NCBI GenBank assembly: GCA_038318485.1 | Contig: JBBQCH010000001.1 | Location: 3,434 to 67,433 of the forward strand | Reading direction: 5' to 3' | DNA: 64,000 nucleotides | Origin: Geobacterales bacterium | GTDB lineage: Bacteria > Desulfobacterota > Desulfuromonadia > Geobacterales > Pseudopelobacteraceae | Program-made: the position numbers and the translations under genes | Shown here: one piece after another, positions 25,694-35,616 of the stretch | Layout of the letters: each line of letters opens with the position of its first letter | How positions within the stretch are numbered: the first letter of the stretch is position 1 | Notes under the pieces: model-generated | Told to the model about the DNA's origin: nothing | Database searches by the model: none | The model's input: the letters and a program-made list of their open reading frames with translations, nothing else

Positions 25694-27076
25694 CTAATCC
25701 GCATAACTCAACGGAGTCAAGTTATGCTTCTTCAGCAGGTCGTAAAGCGTCGGCCTGCTTACCCCCAGCTCCTCGGCCGCCTTGACGATATTGCCGTTGT
25801 GACGATCGATTGCAGCGCCAATAAGCTCACGTTCAACCTTATCCCTGGCCTCACGCAGAGTCACAATCTGCTGTCCAGCCTCCAATGAGTCAGATACCTC
25901 CGTTACCCCTCCCAGATCTTCAGGTTCTATAACAACATCATCACTCATTATAATCGCACGCTGTACCCGGTTCTGTAACTCACGCACATTGCCCGGCCAC
26001 TCGTAGGATTTGAGATAGTTCACTGAAGCGGCACTGAAGCGGCGCACTTTTTTCTTGTACTCATCGTTAAATTTTCGGAGAAAATAATTTGCAAGCAGCA
26101 GAATATCGTCGCCCCTTTCCCGGAGTGGCGGCAGTGTAATGGTAATCACTCCGATCCGATAATAAAGATCCTCCCGAAAACGCCCTTCTGCTATCGCCTT
26201 GACAATATCCACATTGGTGGCGCAGACCGTACGGGTATCAATGGCGATGTCTTCACGTCCGCCAACCCTCTGAATAACACCTTCCTGTAAAAAACGGAGC
26301 AGTTTCACCTGCAGATTAAAAGGAAGCTCACCGATTTCGTCCAGGAACAATGTCCCCTGATGTGCGTACTGCAACTTCCCCTGAACGGTGGCGTGGGCGC
26401 CGGTAAAAGATCCTTTTTCATGACCGAACAGTTCCGACTCAAGCAGATTGTCCGGTATGGCTCCGCAATTGATCGGTATAAACGGACCACTTTTCCGGAA
26501 ACCGGCTTCATGAATAGCCTGGGCCACCAACTCTTTTCCGGTTCCGCTTTCACCTGTAATAAATATCGACACATCGGATGAGGCAACCTTTTTGATGGTA
26601 GAAAAAACAGTCTGCATGGCCGGACACTGGCCGATAATTCCGTTGGAGTTTGTAGATTTCAGTTCAATGGAATGCTGCAATTTGCGATTCTGCTCCTCAA
26701 TGTTGGACAGATGGAAAGCACGTCCGATGATGACCTTGAGTTCGCTTAGGACCGGCGGTTTCGGGTAAAAGTCATAGGCTCCCAGTTGCATTGCCCTTAA
26801 AGCATTTTCACGCTCACTGTTGCCGGTCAACATGATAATTTTGGCACGCATGTTTAACTCCAGCATTTCCGCCAAGCCCCTGAACCCTTCTTCTGAGGTA
26901 TTTTCATGGGGTGGCAGGCCCAAATCAAGCAGCACAACTCCCGGCTGAAATTTTTTAAACAGATTGAGCCCCTCGTTAACATCGCCGGCCAGCATAACCG
27001 TATAATCATCTGCCAGCCCCCATTTGAGCTGTTGGCGGATATCGGAATTATCATCAACTATCAGTATTTTTTCCAT
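25694..27076 (-). CDS. prsR: sigma-54-dependent response regulator, PEP-CTERM-box type (PrsR)
   Basis: It has a receiver domain (ILIVDDNSDIRQQL...DLGLPP), an AAA+ domain (GESGTGKELVA, GAFTGA-like GSFTGA, ESELFGHEKG) and a C-terminal Fis HTH. AAGGAG precedes the ATG at 27076. Confidence 0.85.
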   Translation of the reverse strand: MEKILIVDDNSDIRQQLKWGLADDYTVMLAGDVNEGLNLFKKFQPGVVLLDLGLPPHENTSEEGFRGLAEMLELNMRAKIIMLTGNSERENALRAMQLGAYDFYPKPPVLSELKVIIGRAFHLSNIEEQNRKLQHSIELKSTNSNGIIGQCPAMQTVFSTIKKVASSDVSIFITGESGTGKELVAQAIHEAGFRKSGPFIPINCGAIPDNLLESELFGHEKGSFTGAHATVQGKLQYAHQGTLFLDEIGELPFNLQVKLLRFLQEGVIQRVGGREDIAIDTRTVCATNVDIVKAIAEGRFREDLYYRIGVITITLPPLRERGDDILLLANYFLRKFNDEYKKKVRRFSAASVNYLKSYEWPGNVRELQNRVQRAIIMSDDVVIEPEDLGGVTEVSDSLEAGQQIVTLREARDKVERELIGAAIDRHNGNIVKAAEELGVSRPTLYDLLKKHNLTPLSYAD

Positions 27077-27100
27077 GTGCTTCTCCTTGGAAACATTAAT

Positions 27101-27177
27101 CAAATCCCCCTCAATCCCCCTTTGCAAAGAGGGAAACTTCAGAATCTCCGATTTTTAAAGTGGGTTAGGGGGATTTG
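27101..27177. repeat. REP-like nested palindrome between prsK and prsR
   Basis: CAAATCCCCC (27101-27110) and GGGGGATTTG (27168-27177) form perfect 10-bp arms. An inner hairpin CCCCCTTTGCAAAGAGGG is also present. The right arm lies in the last codons of prsK. Confidence 0.6.
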
Positions 27178-29225
27178 ATGTTAGCAGCGCTACTGAACCA
27201 GACTGTAAAAACCGAGCCACTGCCAGCCACGCTGGCAACTTCGATCCTGCCTCCGTGCGCTTCAATTATCTGACGGCACTGGTACAAGCCAATGCCCAGA
27301 CCTTTATTCTTGGATGTCCGGAATGGTTTGAACAAGTCCGTCCTTATAAAACGGGATGTCATACCGCAGCCCCAGTCTGTGACCCTTACATATGGTACAC
27401 CTGCAGCCCCGACCTCCATAACAATCTGTTGATCCGAAGCGGATGACTCTAAAGCGTTCATCAACAGGTTCATCAGAACCTTTTGGATTTCTTCCATATC
27501 GACATGAACCATCTGGATCGTTCCGGACACAATGATTCGACTGTCGATAAAGGTTGCTGCAGTTTCTTGCACCAGCGCTAACAGGTTGACCTGTTGCGGT
27601 GTATAACTTTCCTTTTCTCCAAGGTTTTTAAGGCTGGCAATCAGTTTCTGCATTCTGTCAACGGTATTGCCCAATGACAGGAGCATATCCTTCTGAAACT
27701 CAGGATTTGCTATATGCCTGGCAGCGTTCTCCACTATCAGAGAAAGATTTGAAACCTGATTTTTCAAATCGTGGGCAACAAAGGTTGCCACATTGCCGAT
27801 CGCCTCTATTTCGCGAGCCTGGGTAATCTGTTCCGAAAGCTTTAGATGAAGAATAGCCAGGGAAGCCTGCCGAGAAATGGTTTTCATCAGGTCATAATCT
27901 TCATAGATATAGACCTCGTTTTCCTTGATGACACGTCCCATCAGAATAAAACCTTCGATTTCATCACCATCAAAAAGCGGGACAACAAACGAGATCTTGT
28001 TTTCAAGCAGCAGTCGGCTGTTTTCTGCCATTATTTCAGGATTGTCATCCTTGACACAGACCACCCAGGCCCGTTCCCGCATAAAGCTGATCAATGCATT
28101 TCCGTGCTGTATAACATCTTCAAGCGGGTCCATTTGACACCCGGCTGTCATGCTGTATCCGCCACAACTCTCATCGTACAGAAAAAGAGCTGCACATTCG
28201 ACCCCGAAAACTTCGCTGTAAGAAGAAAGAATCCGGTTTAAAAGTTCCTCACCTGAGCGCGATGTGGAAAGCTCCATTGTAAAATCCAGCCATTGGGTTC
28301 GATAATCATATTTATTCTGGTAAAAGTTTTTGTGCAGCACGACCGTGAGTTCACGACGGACCCTTCCGGACATCATTAATATCAGAAGTGCAATACCGAG
28401 CAGAAACGCAAAGGAAACCGTTACAATACGAGGGAAAGAATAGCCAAAATGCTGCATCCCCTCGCCCAGCAAACCGATCAGCAGCAGATATATTCCAACA
28501 GCCATCAGAACTACTGATTTGAAAGCAACCTGGCGTGAAACTTCGATCCGAACCTCGCCCCGGCGACACAACAGTGAATATGCCACCATAACTGCCGCCA
28601 CCAGGTACATAAAGGATCGAACGGACAGGTAATTCATATTAAGGGTCCGGTACAGCAAAGCCTGGCTGTAGTAAAAAATCAGGACCGCCAGAATGGTTCC
28701 AATACCTATGATGTCGTACTTGATCTTGAATTGGGCACTGGGTGATGCATTGGCAAAGGTTTTTTCGAAATTAACCAGCGCAAACACCAGACAGGTCATA
28801 ATCCACAGGTAATAGAAATACCCGGCATTTTGAAGAAACAAAATGCTCTCACCCGGAAAATCCGGAGCATACAAAAATTTGTTCAAGGGTAGCAGAATCG
28901 GAAACAAGGCAACCAGAGCAGTGACTGCAAGCCCACCCTGCAATAGCCGACTAATTTTCCAGGGGCCGGTTTGGCGGGCAAATGTCAGACTACTGAGAAT
29001 CCATAACAGGGGAAGTAAAGATTCAGAGACAACGGAGCATTTCTTCCAGAAGAAAGCATCTGCAGATATTGAAAGCGCAAGTACGTCGAACAGTTCAAGC
29101 AAAGCTGTGACTAACAGTGCGGAGCATATGTACACACCGGTTCTAGACCGTTCACGGTACAGAATGAGCCCTGCCAGAACAAGCAGGGCTATTACGGCTA
29201 AAAAGGAAATCACAACATTTGGCAT
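27165..29225 (-). CDS. prsK: XrtA/PEP-CTERM system histidine kinase PrsK
   Basis: 686 aa with a long polytopic N-terminus, a GAF-like middle, a HisKA domain ([13 protein letters not shown]) and an HATPase domain (DWGCGM...[18 protein letters not shown]). Confidence 0.85.
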   Translation of the reverse strand: MPNVVISFLAVIALLVLAGLILYRERSRTGVYICSALLVTALLELFDVLALSISADAFFWKKCSVVSESLLPLLWILSSLTFARQTGPWKISRLLQGGLAVTALVALFPILLPLNKFLYAPDFPGESILFLQNAGYFYYLWIMTCLVFALVNFEKTFANASPSAQFKIKYDIIGIGTILAVLIFYYSQALLYRTLNMNYLSVRSFMYLVAAVMVAYSLLCRRGEVRIEVSRQVAFKSVVLMAVGIYLLLIGLLGEGMQHFGYSFPRIVTVSFAFLLGIALLILMMSGRVRRELTVVLHKNFYQNKYDYRTQWLDFTMELSTSRSGEELLNRILSSYSEVFGVECAALFLYDESCGGYSMTAGCQMDPLEDVIQHGNALISFMRERAWVVCVKDDNPEIMAENSRLLLENKISFVVPLFDGDEIEGFILMGRVIKENEVYIYEDYDLMKTISRQASLAILHLKLSEQITQAREIEAIGNVATFVAHDLKNQVSNLSLIVENAARHIANPEFQKDMLLSLGNTVDRMQKLIASLKNLGEKESYTPQQVNLLALVQETAATFIDSRIIVSGTIQMVHVDMEEIQKVLMNLLMNALESSASDQQIVMEVGAAGVPYVRVTDWGCGMTSRFIRTDLFKPFRTSKNKGLGIGLYQCRQIIEAHGGRIEVASVAGSGSVFTVWFSSAANIKSP

Positions 29226-30361
29226 GTTATTTTCTTGTCCATCAAAAGTGCATCAATAATCCGGGAGGCCGCCAATCCATCGCCATAGGGATTGTGAGCT
29301 TTGCCCATCGCCTCGTAGGCCGAGTTGTCATTCAACAGCAGCAACGCTTCCGTCACAATCTTCTCACGGTTGGTCCCGACCAGCTTCACAGTACCAGCCG
29401 CCAAAGCTTCCGGACGTTCGGTAGTATCACGCATCACCAGCACCGGCTTGCCAAGTGACGGTGCCTCTTCCTGCACTCCGCCGGAATCGGTAATAATCAT
29501 GAAGCAGCGTTCCATCAGGTAAACAAACGGCAGATAGTCCAGTGGTTCAATCAGATGGACCTGGGGTGAATTGCCCAGAATCCGGCGGACCGGCTCCTGA
29601 ACATTGGGGTTAAGGTGAACCGGGTAAAGAATCTCTGCATCCGGGGTCTGGCGGGCAATCTCCGCCAGGGCCGAACAAATCTGCTCAAAGCCTTCTCCAA
29701 AATTCTCCCGGCGATGTCCGGTAACCAGAATCAGCCGTTTGGACGGATCAAGAAAGGAGAACTGCCCCTCAAAACGGCTACGCAGAACCCTATCCTTCTC
29801 AACCCTTTCGGCCACAGCCAGCAGAGCGTCAATGACTGTGTTTCCGGTAACAAAAATCGACGTATCCGGCACCCCTTCCGCCAGCAGGTTACTCTTGGCC
29901 CTCTCGGTCGGCGCAAAGTGAAGATCGGTCAAAGCTCCGGCCACCCGCCGGTTAATCTCTTCCGGAAATGGTGCGTACTTGTTGCCGGTCCGCAGCCCGG
30001 CCTCCACATGTCCGACCCTGATCCGGCTGTAATAGGCCGCCAACGATGCCGCCATGGTGGTTGTCGTATCACCATGCACCAACACGATATCAGGCTGTTC
30101 CTTTTCCAGCACCGGCTTCAGCCCTTTCAGCACATTGCAGGTCACATCAAAAAGATCCTGACCCGGCTTCATAATATCCAGATCATAGTCCGGCCTGATC
30201 TCGAAAAGTTCCAGCACCTGATCCAGCATCTGGCGATGCTGGGCCGTCACACAGACAACGCTCTGGAAGAGGTTAGGATGTTTTTCAAGTTCCTTGATCA
30301 CCGGCGCCATCTTAATGGCCTCAGGACGTGTGCCGAATATGGATAATACTTTGGTTTGCAT
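29210..30361 (-). CDS. wecB: UDP-N-acetylglucosamine 2-epimerase (non-hydrolysing)
   Basis: Contains [21 protein letters not shown]...HVEAGLRT...[27 protein letters not shown]. The 96-codon 5' extension in the track overlaps the tviC-like gene. Confidence 0.9.
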   Translation of the reverse strand: MQTKVLSIFGTRPEAIKMAPVIKELEKHPNLFQSVVCVTAQHRQMLDQVLELFEIRPDYDLDIMKPGQDLFDVTCNVLKGLKPVLEKEQPDIVLVHGDTTTTMAASLAAYYSRIRVGHVEAGLRTGNKYAPFPEEINRRVAGALTDLHFAPTERAKSNLLAEGVPDTSIFVTGNTVIDALLAVAERVEKDRVLRSRFEGQFSFLDPSKRLILVTGHRRENFGEGFEQICSALAEIARQTPDAEILYPVHLNPNVQEPVRRILGNSPQVHLIEPLDYLPFVYLMERCFMIITDSGGVQEEAPSLGKPVLVMRDTTERPEALAAGTVKLVGTNREKIVTEALLLLNDNSAYEAMGKAHNPYGDGLAASRIIDALLMDKKITCQML

Positions 30362-30437
30362 GGTTTCAGTCCCTGTTGGATATACCTTCTTCAGTTGCCC
30401 CTGTTCGCCTCCGGCATCAGTACTCGGTGTTTGATCG

Positions 30438-31463
30438 TCAAAGATGCTCCATATACCACGAAAGGGCCGTATCCAGTCCCTGGTCGATGGTATGGCTCGG
30501 TTTGTATCCCAGCAGTTCGGCAGCCTTGCTGATATCAGCCTGCGAGTGGAGCACATCTCCAGCCCTGAAATCACGATGGACAGGAGTCGTTCCCTGCAGA
30601 TGCGGATAATGGGAAAGTAGACGAACATGAAGTTTTCTAAAAAGTTCATTCAGCGTAGTGCGGGCGTTCAGCGCAGTATTGTAGATCTGATTGACCGCAG
30701 ACAATTCAATAGTTGTAGCGGCCAGAAGGTTCATCTGTATAACATTCTCCACGTAGCAAAAATCGCGGCTGGTTTCACCGCTACCGTTAATGTAGATCGT
30801 GTCACCCTTTATCAGTGCCCGGATCCAGCAGGGTATAACCGCAGCGTAGGCCCCTTCCGGATCCTGTCGGGGACCGAATACATTGAAATAGCGCAGTCCG
30901 ATCGCTTCCATGCCGTAAGCTGAAGCAAAAACACCGGCGTACAGTTCATTGACATACTTTGTGACCGCATAGGGAGAAAGTGGCTTACCGATACGATCCT
31001 CAACCTTTGGAAGATCGGGGTGATCGCCATAAGTCGAACTGCTGGCTGCATAGACAAAACGCTTGACCTTTGCATCACGGGCCGCCACCAACATGTTCAA
31101 AAAACCACTGACGTTGCTTTCGTTGGAAGCAATCGGATCAGCTATCGAGCGTGGCACAGAGCCCAGCGCCGCCTCATGCAAGACAAACTCCGCCCCCTGA
31201 CAAACTTCGCGGCAGGTAGCAAGATTGCGAATATCACCTTCCACAAACCTGAAGCGCCGCCACTGTTCCGGCGACACAATCTGCTGCACCTCCAGCAGAT
31301 TACTGCGTTTGCCGGTAGAAAAATTATCAAGCCCCACCACCTTTTGATCAAGCAGCAGCAGTTTTTCAAGCAGATTGGAGCCGATAAAACCGGCCACTCC
31401 GGTTACAAGCCAGACTTTTGGTTCCGCCTGCAGCTGACTCCGGACCGTTTCGTATCTGTTCAT
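30438..31463 (-). CDS. NAD-dependent nucleotide-sugar 4-epimerase, VipB/TviC/WbpP-like
   Basis: [19 protein letters not shown] is followed by the YAASSSTYG...YAVTK catalytic triad context. Confidence 0.8.
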   Translation of the reverse strand: MNRYETVRSQLQAEPKVWLVTGVAGFIGSNLLEKLLLLDQKVVGLDNFSTGKRSNLLEVQQIVSPEQWRRFRFVEGDIRNLATCREVCQGAEFVLHEAALGSVPRSIADPIASNESNVSGFLNMLVAARDAKVKRFVYAASSSTYGDHPDLPKVEDRIGKPLSPYAVTKYVNELYAGVFASAYGMEAIGLRYFNVFGPRQDPEGAYAAVIPCWIRALIKGDTIYINGSGETSRDFCYVENVIQMNLLAATTIELSAVNQIYNTALNARTTLNELFRKLHVRLLSHYPHLQGTTPVHRDFRAGDVLHSQADISKAAELLGYKPSHTIDQGLDTALSWYMEHL

Positions 31464-31481
31464 AATTTCCTTTCAATTATT

Positions 31482-31537
31482 GCGGTCATGCGGTTAAGCG
31501 ATAATACGAGAATTCGCGTCTTCACTTCCCCGCCTAC
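31482..31537. repeat. octamer-periodic element, copy R3 (tviC-tviB intergenic)
   Basis: GCGGTCAT|GCGGTTAA|GCGATAAT|ACGAGAAT|TCGCGTCT|TCACTTCC|CCGCCTAC. Confidence 0.7.
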
Positions 31538-32820
31538 AGCCTCCAAATCCTGATCCCCGCCGCCCTCATGGCCTTCTGATCGTAGATTCCCTTAACATCA
31601 ATCAGCACCGGATTATCACCCATCAAGCGCATTAACTCACCTGCATCCCACGACCGGAACTGTTCATGGGAAACGGCCGCAACAACGGCTGCAGCCGGTT
31701 TGAGTTCAGCAAATGGACATAAGTTTACTCCATATTCGTGAGCAGCCTCAACACTATCGGCACAAGGATCGCACACCTGAACGTTAACACCGTAATCTTC
31801 CAACTCTCGAATTATATCGATCACCTTGGAGTTGCGCAAATCGGGACAATCTTCCTTGAAAGTCAGGCCAAGCACGGTCACCCGGTTCCCAAGAATATTG
31901 TGACCAGAATGAATCATCTCCTTGACCGCACGCTGGGCTATGAATTTACCCATACCGTCATTGATTCTTCGCCCGGCCAGGATAACCTGCGGAATATAAC
32001 CAATCTTTTCGGCCTTGTGGGTCAGGTAATAGGGATCGACACCAATGCAGTGCCCCCCCACCAGACCCGGTTTGAATTTGAGAAAGTTCCACTTGGTACC
32101 GGCCGCCTCCAAAACCTCATTGGTATCAATACCCATGCGGTCAAAGATCAGCGCCAACTCATTCATTAGCGCAATATTCAGATCACGCTGTGTATTCTCG
32201 ATGACCTTGGCAGCTTCAGCCACCTTGATCGAGGCAGCCCGGTGAACACCAGCCGTCACCACCGATTCATACACCTGGGCGACAATCTCTAGCGTAGCTG
32301 AATCAGAGCCGGAAACAACCTTCATTATTTTTGTGAAAGTATGTTCCTTGTCACCCGGATTGATTCGCTCCGGGCTGTAACCAACCGCAAAATCTGCACC
32401 GAAGGTCAGACCGGAAACCCGCTCCAGAATCGGTACACATTCATCCTCGGTTACACCAGGATAAACCGTCGACTCATACACGACGATATCCCCTTTTTTC
32501 AAGGCGCGCCCCACAGTATCCGAAGCCTTGAACATCAATGTCAGATCCGGCTGGTTAGCGTCATCAACCGGGGTAGGCACCGCAACAATGTGAAAATCGG
32601 CCCTGGCCAGCTCCTCAGTCTTTTCGGTAAACAGGATATCGGCACTCTGCAGGTCTTCCGTCGCCACCTCGCCGGTCCGGTCATAACCGGCCTTCAATTC
32701 GCTGATCCTGAGCGGATTGATATCAAAACCAACCGTTTTACGCACCTTACCGAAGGCCACCGCCACCGGCAGCCCCACATAGCCGAGACCGACTACGGAA
32801 ATTATACGATCAGTATTCAT
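31534..32820 (-). CDS. UDP-N-acetyl-hexosamine 6-dehydrogenase, TviB/WbpO/WecC-like
   Basis: Contains ISVVGLGYVGLPVAVAF and the GGHCIGVDPYYL catalytic Cys region. Confidence 0.85.
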   Translation of the reverse strand: MNTDRIISVVGLGYVGLPVAVAFGKVRKTVGFDINPLRISELKAGYDRTGEVATEDLQSADILFTEKTEELARADFHIVAVPTPVDDANQPDLTLMFKASDTVGRALKKGDIVVYESTVYPGVTEDECVPILERVSGLTFGADFAVGYSPERINPGDKEHTFTKIMKVVSGSDSATLEIVAQVYESVVTAGVHRAASIKVAEAAKVIENTQRDLNIALMNELALIFDRMGIDTNEVLEAAGTKWNFLKFKPGLVGGHCIGVDPYYLTHKAEKIGYIPQVILAGRRINDGMGKFIAQRAVKEMIHSGHNILGNRVTVLGLTFKEDCPDLRNSKVIDIIRELEDYGVNVQVCDPCADSVEAAHEYGVNLCPFAELKPAAAVVAAVSHEQFRSWDAGELMRLMGDNPVLIDVKGIYDQKAMRAAGIRIWRL

Positions 32821-32842
32821 TTGTGCTCCTTTATCTGATAAT

Positions 32843-32940
32843 GCGTTAGGCGTTTAGGCGGGAAAGCGATTAAAGGATAAGGGTAAATTGCTTCATCGCT
32901 TCATCGCTTCATCGCTTCTCCTCTTCTCCACATTCCCGCC
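32843..32940. repeat. octamer-periodic element, copy R1 (between the xrtA-epsI stop and the tviB start)
   Basis: GCGTTAG|GCGTTTAG|GCGGGAAA|GCGATTAA|AGGATAAG|GGTAAATT|GCTTCATC x3|GCTTCTCC|TCTTCTCC|ACATTCCC|GCC. The ends are self-complementary (GGCGGGAA / TTCCCGCC). Confidence 0.75.
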
Positions 32941-34523
32941 TATCTCGGTAAGAATTCCCTGAAGACTTTTTCAAAGTCGCGGATAAAAGCCTCCCCGGTA
33001 GCCGTAGCCAGGGCTTCATCATTTTCAAATGGCACCGAAATACGGATAAAGGCTTCATCCCGACGCTGATAAAGAATCGAGTTTTTTATTTCCGATAACT
33101 TGAGAGAATACTCATCAGAAATTGTTTTGTCCATCATTTGAAACCAATACAGGAACAGCTCCTTGCTGGAATCTTTCTGATATACAGCACGCACGATATT
33201 CAGGCTTCCACCTGGGACAGGAAGTGAATCCCGTCTAGTCGAGACCTCATTCCAGCCACTGCCCGGCAGGCAATGCTTTGGCGAATGAATACCGCCACTT
33301 CCCTTTGCACCGCTATGATACCCGACATAGAGGTTTACTACAGTACCATCTACGCTCCTGTATTGACGAGAGATGTAATCTGTCGCTTTCAAAACATTTA
33401 GAACATTGGCGCTGAATTGATACTGATCTGACATTTTCCAACCTTCAACCTGTTTGGGAAACTGACTGAAAGGTTTGTTTGTTGGTATGTCCGCGTCAGC
33501 GTGGGTATGTATAAACAGTACAACAGCGATCAGCAGGATGTAAGGAACGGCAAAGCGTAATGCGGTTAGGCGGTTAAGCGGTGATACGGTAATACGATTA
33601 TCTGATGATGCGTTCAGGGGGTCATGCGTTGACGCGGAAACATCGCTTTCCCGCTTTTCCTCTTCCCCACATTCACGCTTCCCTGCATCCCCGCCTTTCC
33701 CCTTCACCAATGCTCCCACTGTCACCAAAAGCACCATGGCAAGTACAAACACCATCATGCCTGCAAACTCGTGAAAAAAACCTTCCGCAGCCTTTGCGCC
33801 CCACCACTGGGCCAGAATACCGGTCACAATAACCCGCAGGGCATTGGTAGCAATCGCTATCGGTACTGCCGATGCAATGATGATCCAGCGTCGAAAATTA
33901 GTTGTCTGCAAAATGAAAGCGTAGGCCACCGCCAGCGCCAGAAGTGAAATCAGCGAGCGGATACCACTGCAGGCATCCGCCACCTCCAGGGTTATGGTTG
34001 GAAAGATGATGATGTTTCCCTCGCGCATGACGACAATCCCCGTCAATTGCAGGAATGCCACTGATACTTTAGTGACAAACATTTTCAGAGGAAAGGCAAC
34101 CATATCGTAGATGATATAGGGAATCGGTACCATAAAGATCAGAAAACCAAGTGGAAGCGCCATTCCCTTTAGAATCTCCCGACCGAACCAGTACAGCACC
34201 AATCCTGCCAGCAGAACTATCAGGGAAGAGCGCATGGTAAAATACTCCGTGGCAAGCCATCCTAACAGAAGTTGCAGAACCCCAAGTATGATCACCACCA
34301 ACCCCAGACTATCGGGCTTTATCAGTCGGGTTTTCAACTCCGGCCAGCGCTGCCAGAAAAAGTAGCCGGCAATGACCGGCACCAGGAAACCATGCGAATA
34401 GTTTTCATCCTTGTACCAATCCATGACCATATCAGGCACGATCAGGTAATAGATACCAACCAGGAGCAGGATGCTTGCCAAAAGTTGCAGGCGGTAATGC
34501 TTCAGTGCCTCTTGAAATGTCAT
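32940..34523 (-). CDS. xrtA: exosortase A (XrtA/EpsH) fused to a C-terminal EpsI-family domain
   Basis: The N-terminus is DENYSHGFLVP. Catalytic-type motifs DACSGIRSL, NALRV and FHEFAGMM are present. A low-complexity linker precedes the EpsI-like FPKQVEGWKMSD...YVGYHSGAKGSGGIHSPKHCLPGSGW. Confidence 0.85.
   Translation of the reverse strand: MTFQEALKHYRLQLLASILLLVGIYYLIVPDMVMDWYKDENYSHGFLVPVIAGYFFWQRWPELKTRLIKPDSLGLVVIILGVLQLLLGWLATEYFTMRSSLIVLLAGLVLYWFGREILKGMALPLGFLIFMVPIPYIIYDMVAFPLKMFVTKVSVAFLQLTGIVVMREGNIIIFPTITLEVADACSGIRSLISLLALAVAYAFILQTTNFRRWIIIASAVPIAIATNALRVIVTGILAQWWGAKAAEGFFHEFAGMMVFVLAMVLLVTVGALVKGKGGDAGKRECGEEEKRESDVSASTHDPLNASSDNRITVSPLNRLTALRFAVPYILLIAVVLFIHTHADADIPTNKPFSQFPKQVEGWKMSDQYQFSANVLNVLKATDYISRQYRSVDGTVVNLYVGYHSGAKGSGGIHSPKHCLPGSGWNEVSTRRDSLPVPGGSLNIVRAVYQKDSSKELFLYWFQMMDKTISDEYSLKLSEIKNSILYQRRDEAFIRISVPFENDEALATATGEAFIRDFEKVFREFLPR
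33555..33705. repeat. octamer-periodic element, copy R2 (inside the xrtA-epsI ORF, encoding the linker)
   Basis: Nineteen consecutive 8-nt units run from GCGGTTAG|GCGGTTAA|GCGGTGAT|ACGGTAAT|... to ...|ATCGCTTT|CCCGCTTT|TCCTCTTC|CCCACATT|.... It is colinear with R1 (TATCTGATgATGCGTT versus TATCTGATaATGCGTT, and CTCTTCcCCACATTC versus CTCTTCtCCACATTC). Confidence 0.75.
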
Positions 34524-34534
34524 TATATTGAATC

Positions 34535-34614
34535 CTTTCTTCGCTTCTTCGCTTCTTCGCTTAGCAACTTAACCGCTTAAATGTTTTTTCGCTTCACCGC
34601 TTCACCACTTCAAT
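34535..34614. repeat. octamer-periodic element, copy R4 (upstream of xrtA, overlapping the 3' end of the EEP gene)
   Basis: CTTTCTTC|GCTTCTTC|GCTTCTTC|GCTTAGCA|ACTTAACC|GCTTAAAT|GTTTTTTC|GCTTCACC|GCTTCACC|ACTTCAAT. Confidence 0.75.
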
Positions 34615-35616
34615 ATCCGCAATCAGCGGCAGATGATCGGAACCCAAATCAGGCCCGACCGCACAGACACGAACAGCCAGATCGTTACCTGCCAGAATGT
34701 GATCGATACGCACCCGGACCGGGATGCCCCGAACATCAGCCCGTTCTGTCCAACCATAGCCGAGTCCGGCTATGGAAAAGGCATTTGAATACCCTTTCCA
34801 TAGTTCCCGATAGATCGAACTGGTCGTTGGCATGTTGAAATCCCCCGCAACAATTACTGGAAGTTTTTGTGAGGCAACCGCTTGCTGCACACTCCTAGAG
34901 GACTGCCAGCGTCGACGCGTTTCCTCGATCAACAGTTCTTTGCGAGACAGGTTTACAAGCGTGTGCCGATCAAGCAGGTGCTGAAGACCGTAACGGGGGC
35001 TTGTAAGATGAACAGAAGAAAACACCAGACTCTGATCCGGAGCTTCAACAATGACCTGAAGTCCGCAACCCCTTGGCCAGCTGTGGGTAGGATCGGTAAC
35101 GCTCACCAAACTGACACGCCTCAAGGGAAATTGCGACAGCACCGCCAGGTCACTTTCTTGAATATGTTTCCAGCCTGATGGCAGTTTCAGCGCCGCTGCC
35201 ATATCCCTGGGACACTCCTGCAAGGCTACAATATCAGTTTGCGATTCCGCAATCAGTGTGGACAGGGCTTCCAGATTGCACTTGCCGTTAGCGATGTTGC
35301 AGGTAAGCACCCGTAGTGTTTTGCCGTCGACCGCCTCTGTCTTGCCAAAAGGCAGATTGAATCCCATGAAAGGGCCAAACACGATCAGTGCTCCTGCCAG
35401 CAGGGGAATCAGGTTGTAGCGACTGTGCCAGCCAGCCAGCGGCAAAAGGACCACCAACGGCAGCGCAACGACCCAGCGCGGCGCAAACAGAATGACGGTT
35501 GCTGGCCACCAGCAATCTCCGCCGATCAACATGGTCAGCCACAAAAGCACTACGAGGAACAGATAACACCAGGAAGCCAGCCGGATGGCCCTGAAAAGGA
35601 CTCGAATATCAAACAC
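34594..35616 (-). CDS. membrane-anchored endonuclease/exonuclease/phosphatase (EEP) family protein
   Basis: Several N-terminal TM helices are followed by LRVLTCNIANGK...DIVALQE...GSDHLPLIADI, which are EEP motifs. Confidence 0.7.
   Translation of the reverse strand: MFDIRVLFRAIRLASWCYLFLVVLLWLTMLIGGDCWWPATVILFAPRWVVALPLVVLLPLAGWHSRYNLIPLLAGALIVFGPFMGFNLPFGKTEAVDGKTLRVLTCNIANGKCNLEALSTLIAESQTDIVALQECPRDMAAALKLPSGWKHIQESDLAVLSQFPLRRVSLVSVTDPTHSWPRGCGLQVIVEAPDQSLVFSSVHLTSPRYGLQHLLDRHTLVNLSRKELLIEETRRRWQSSRSVQQAVASQKLPVIVAGDFNMPTTSSIYRELWKGYSNAFSIAGLGYGWTERADVRGIPVRVRIDHILAGNDLAVRVCAVGPDLGSDHLPLIADIEVVKR

Noticed and set aside
31482-34614. Octamer repeats as a possible CRISPR array or coding tandem repeat
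   Set aside because: An 8-nt period with no spacers is incompatible with CRISPR. Because 8 is not a multiple of 3, it is not a peptide repeat either.
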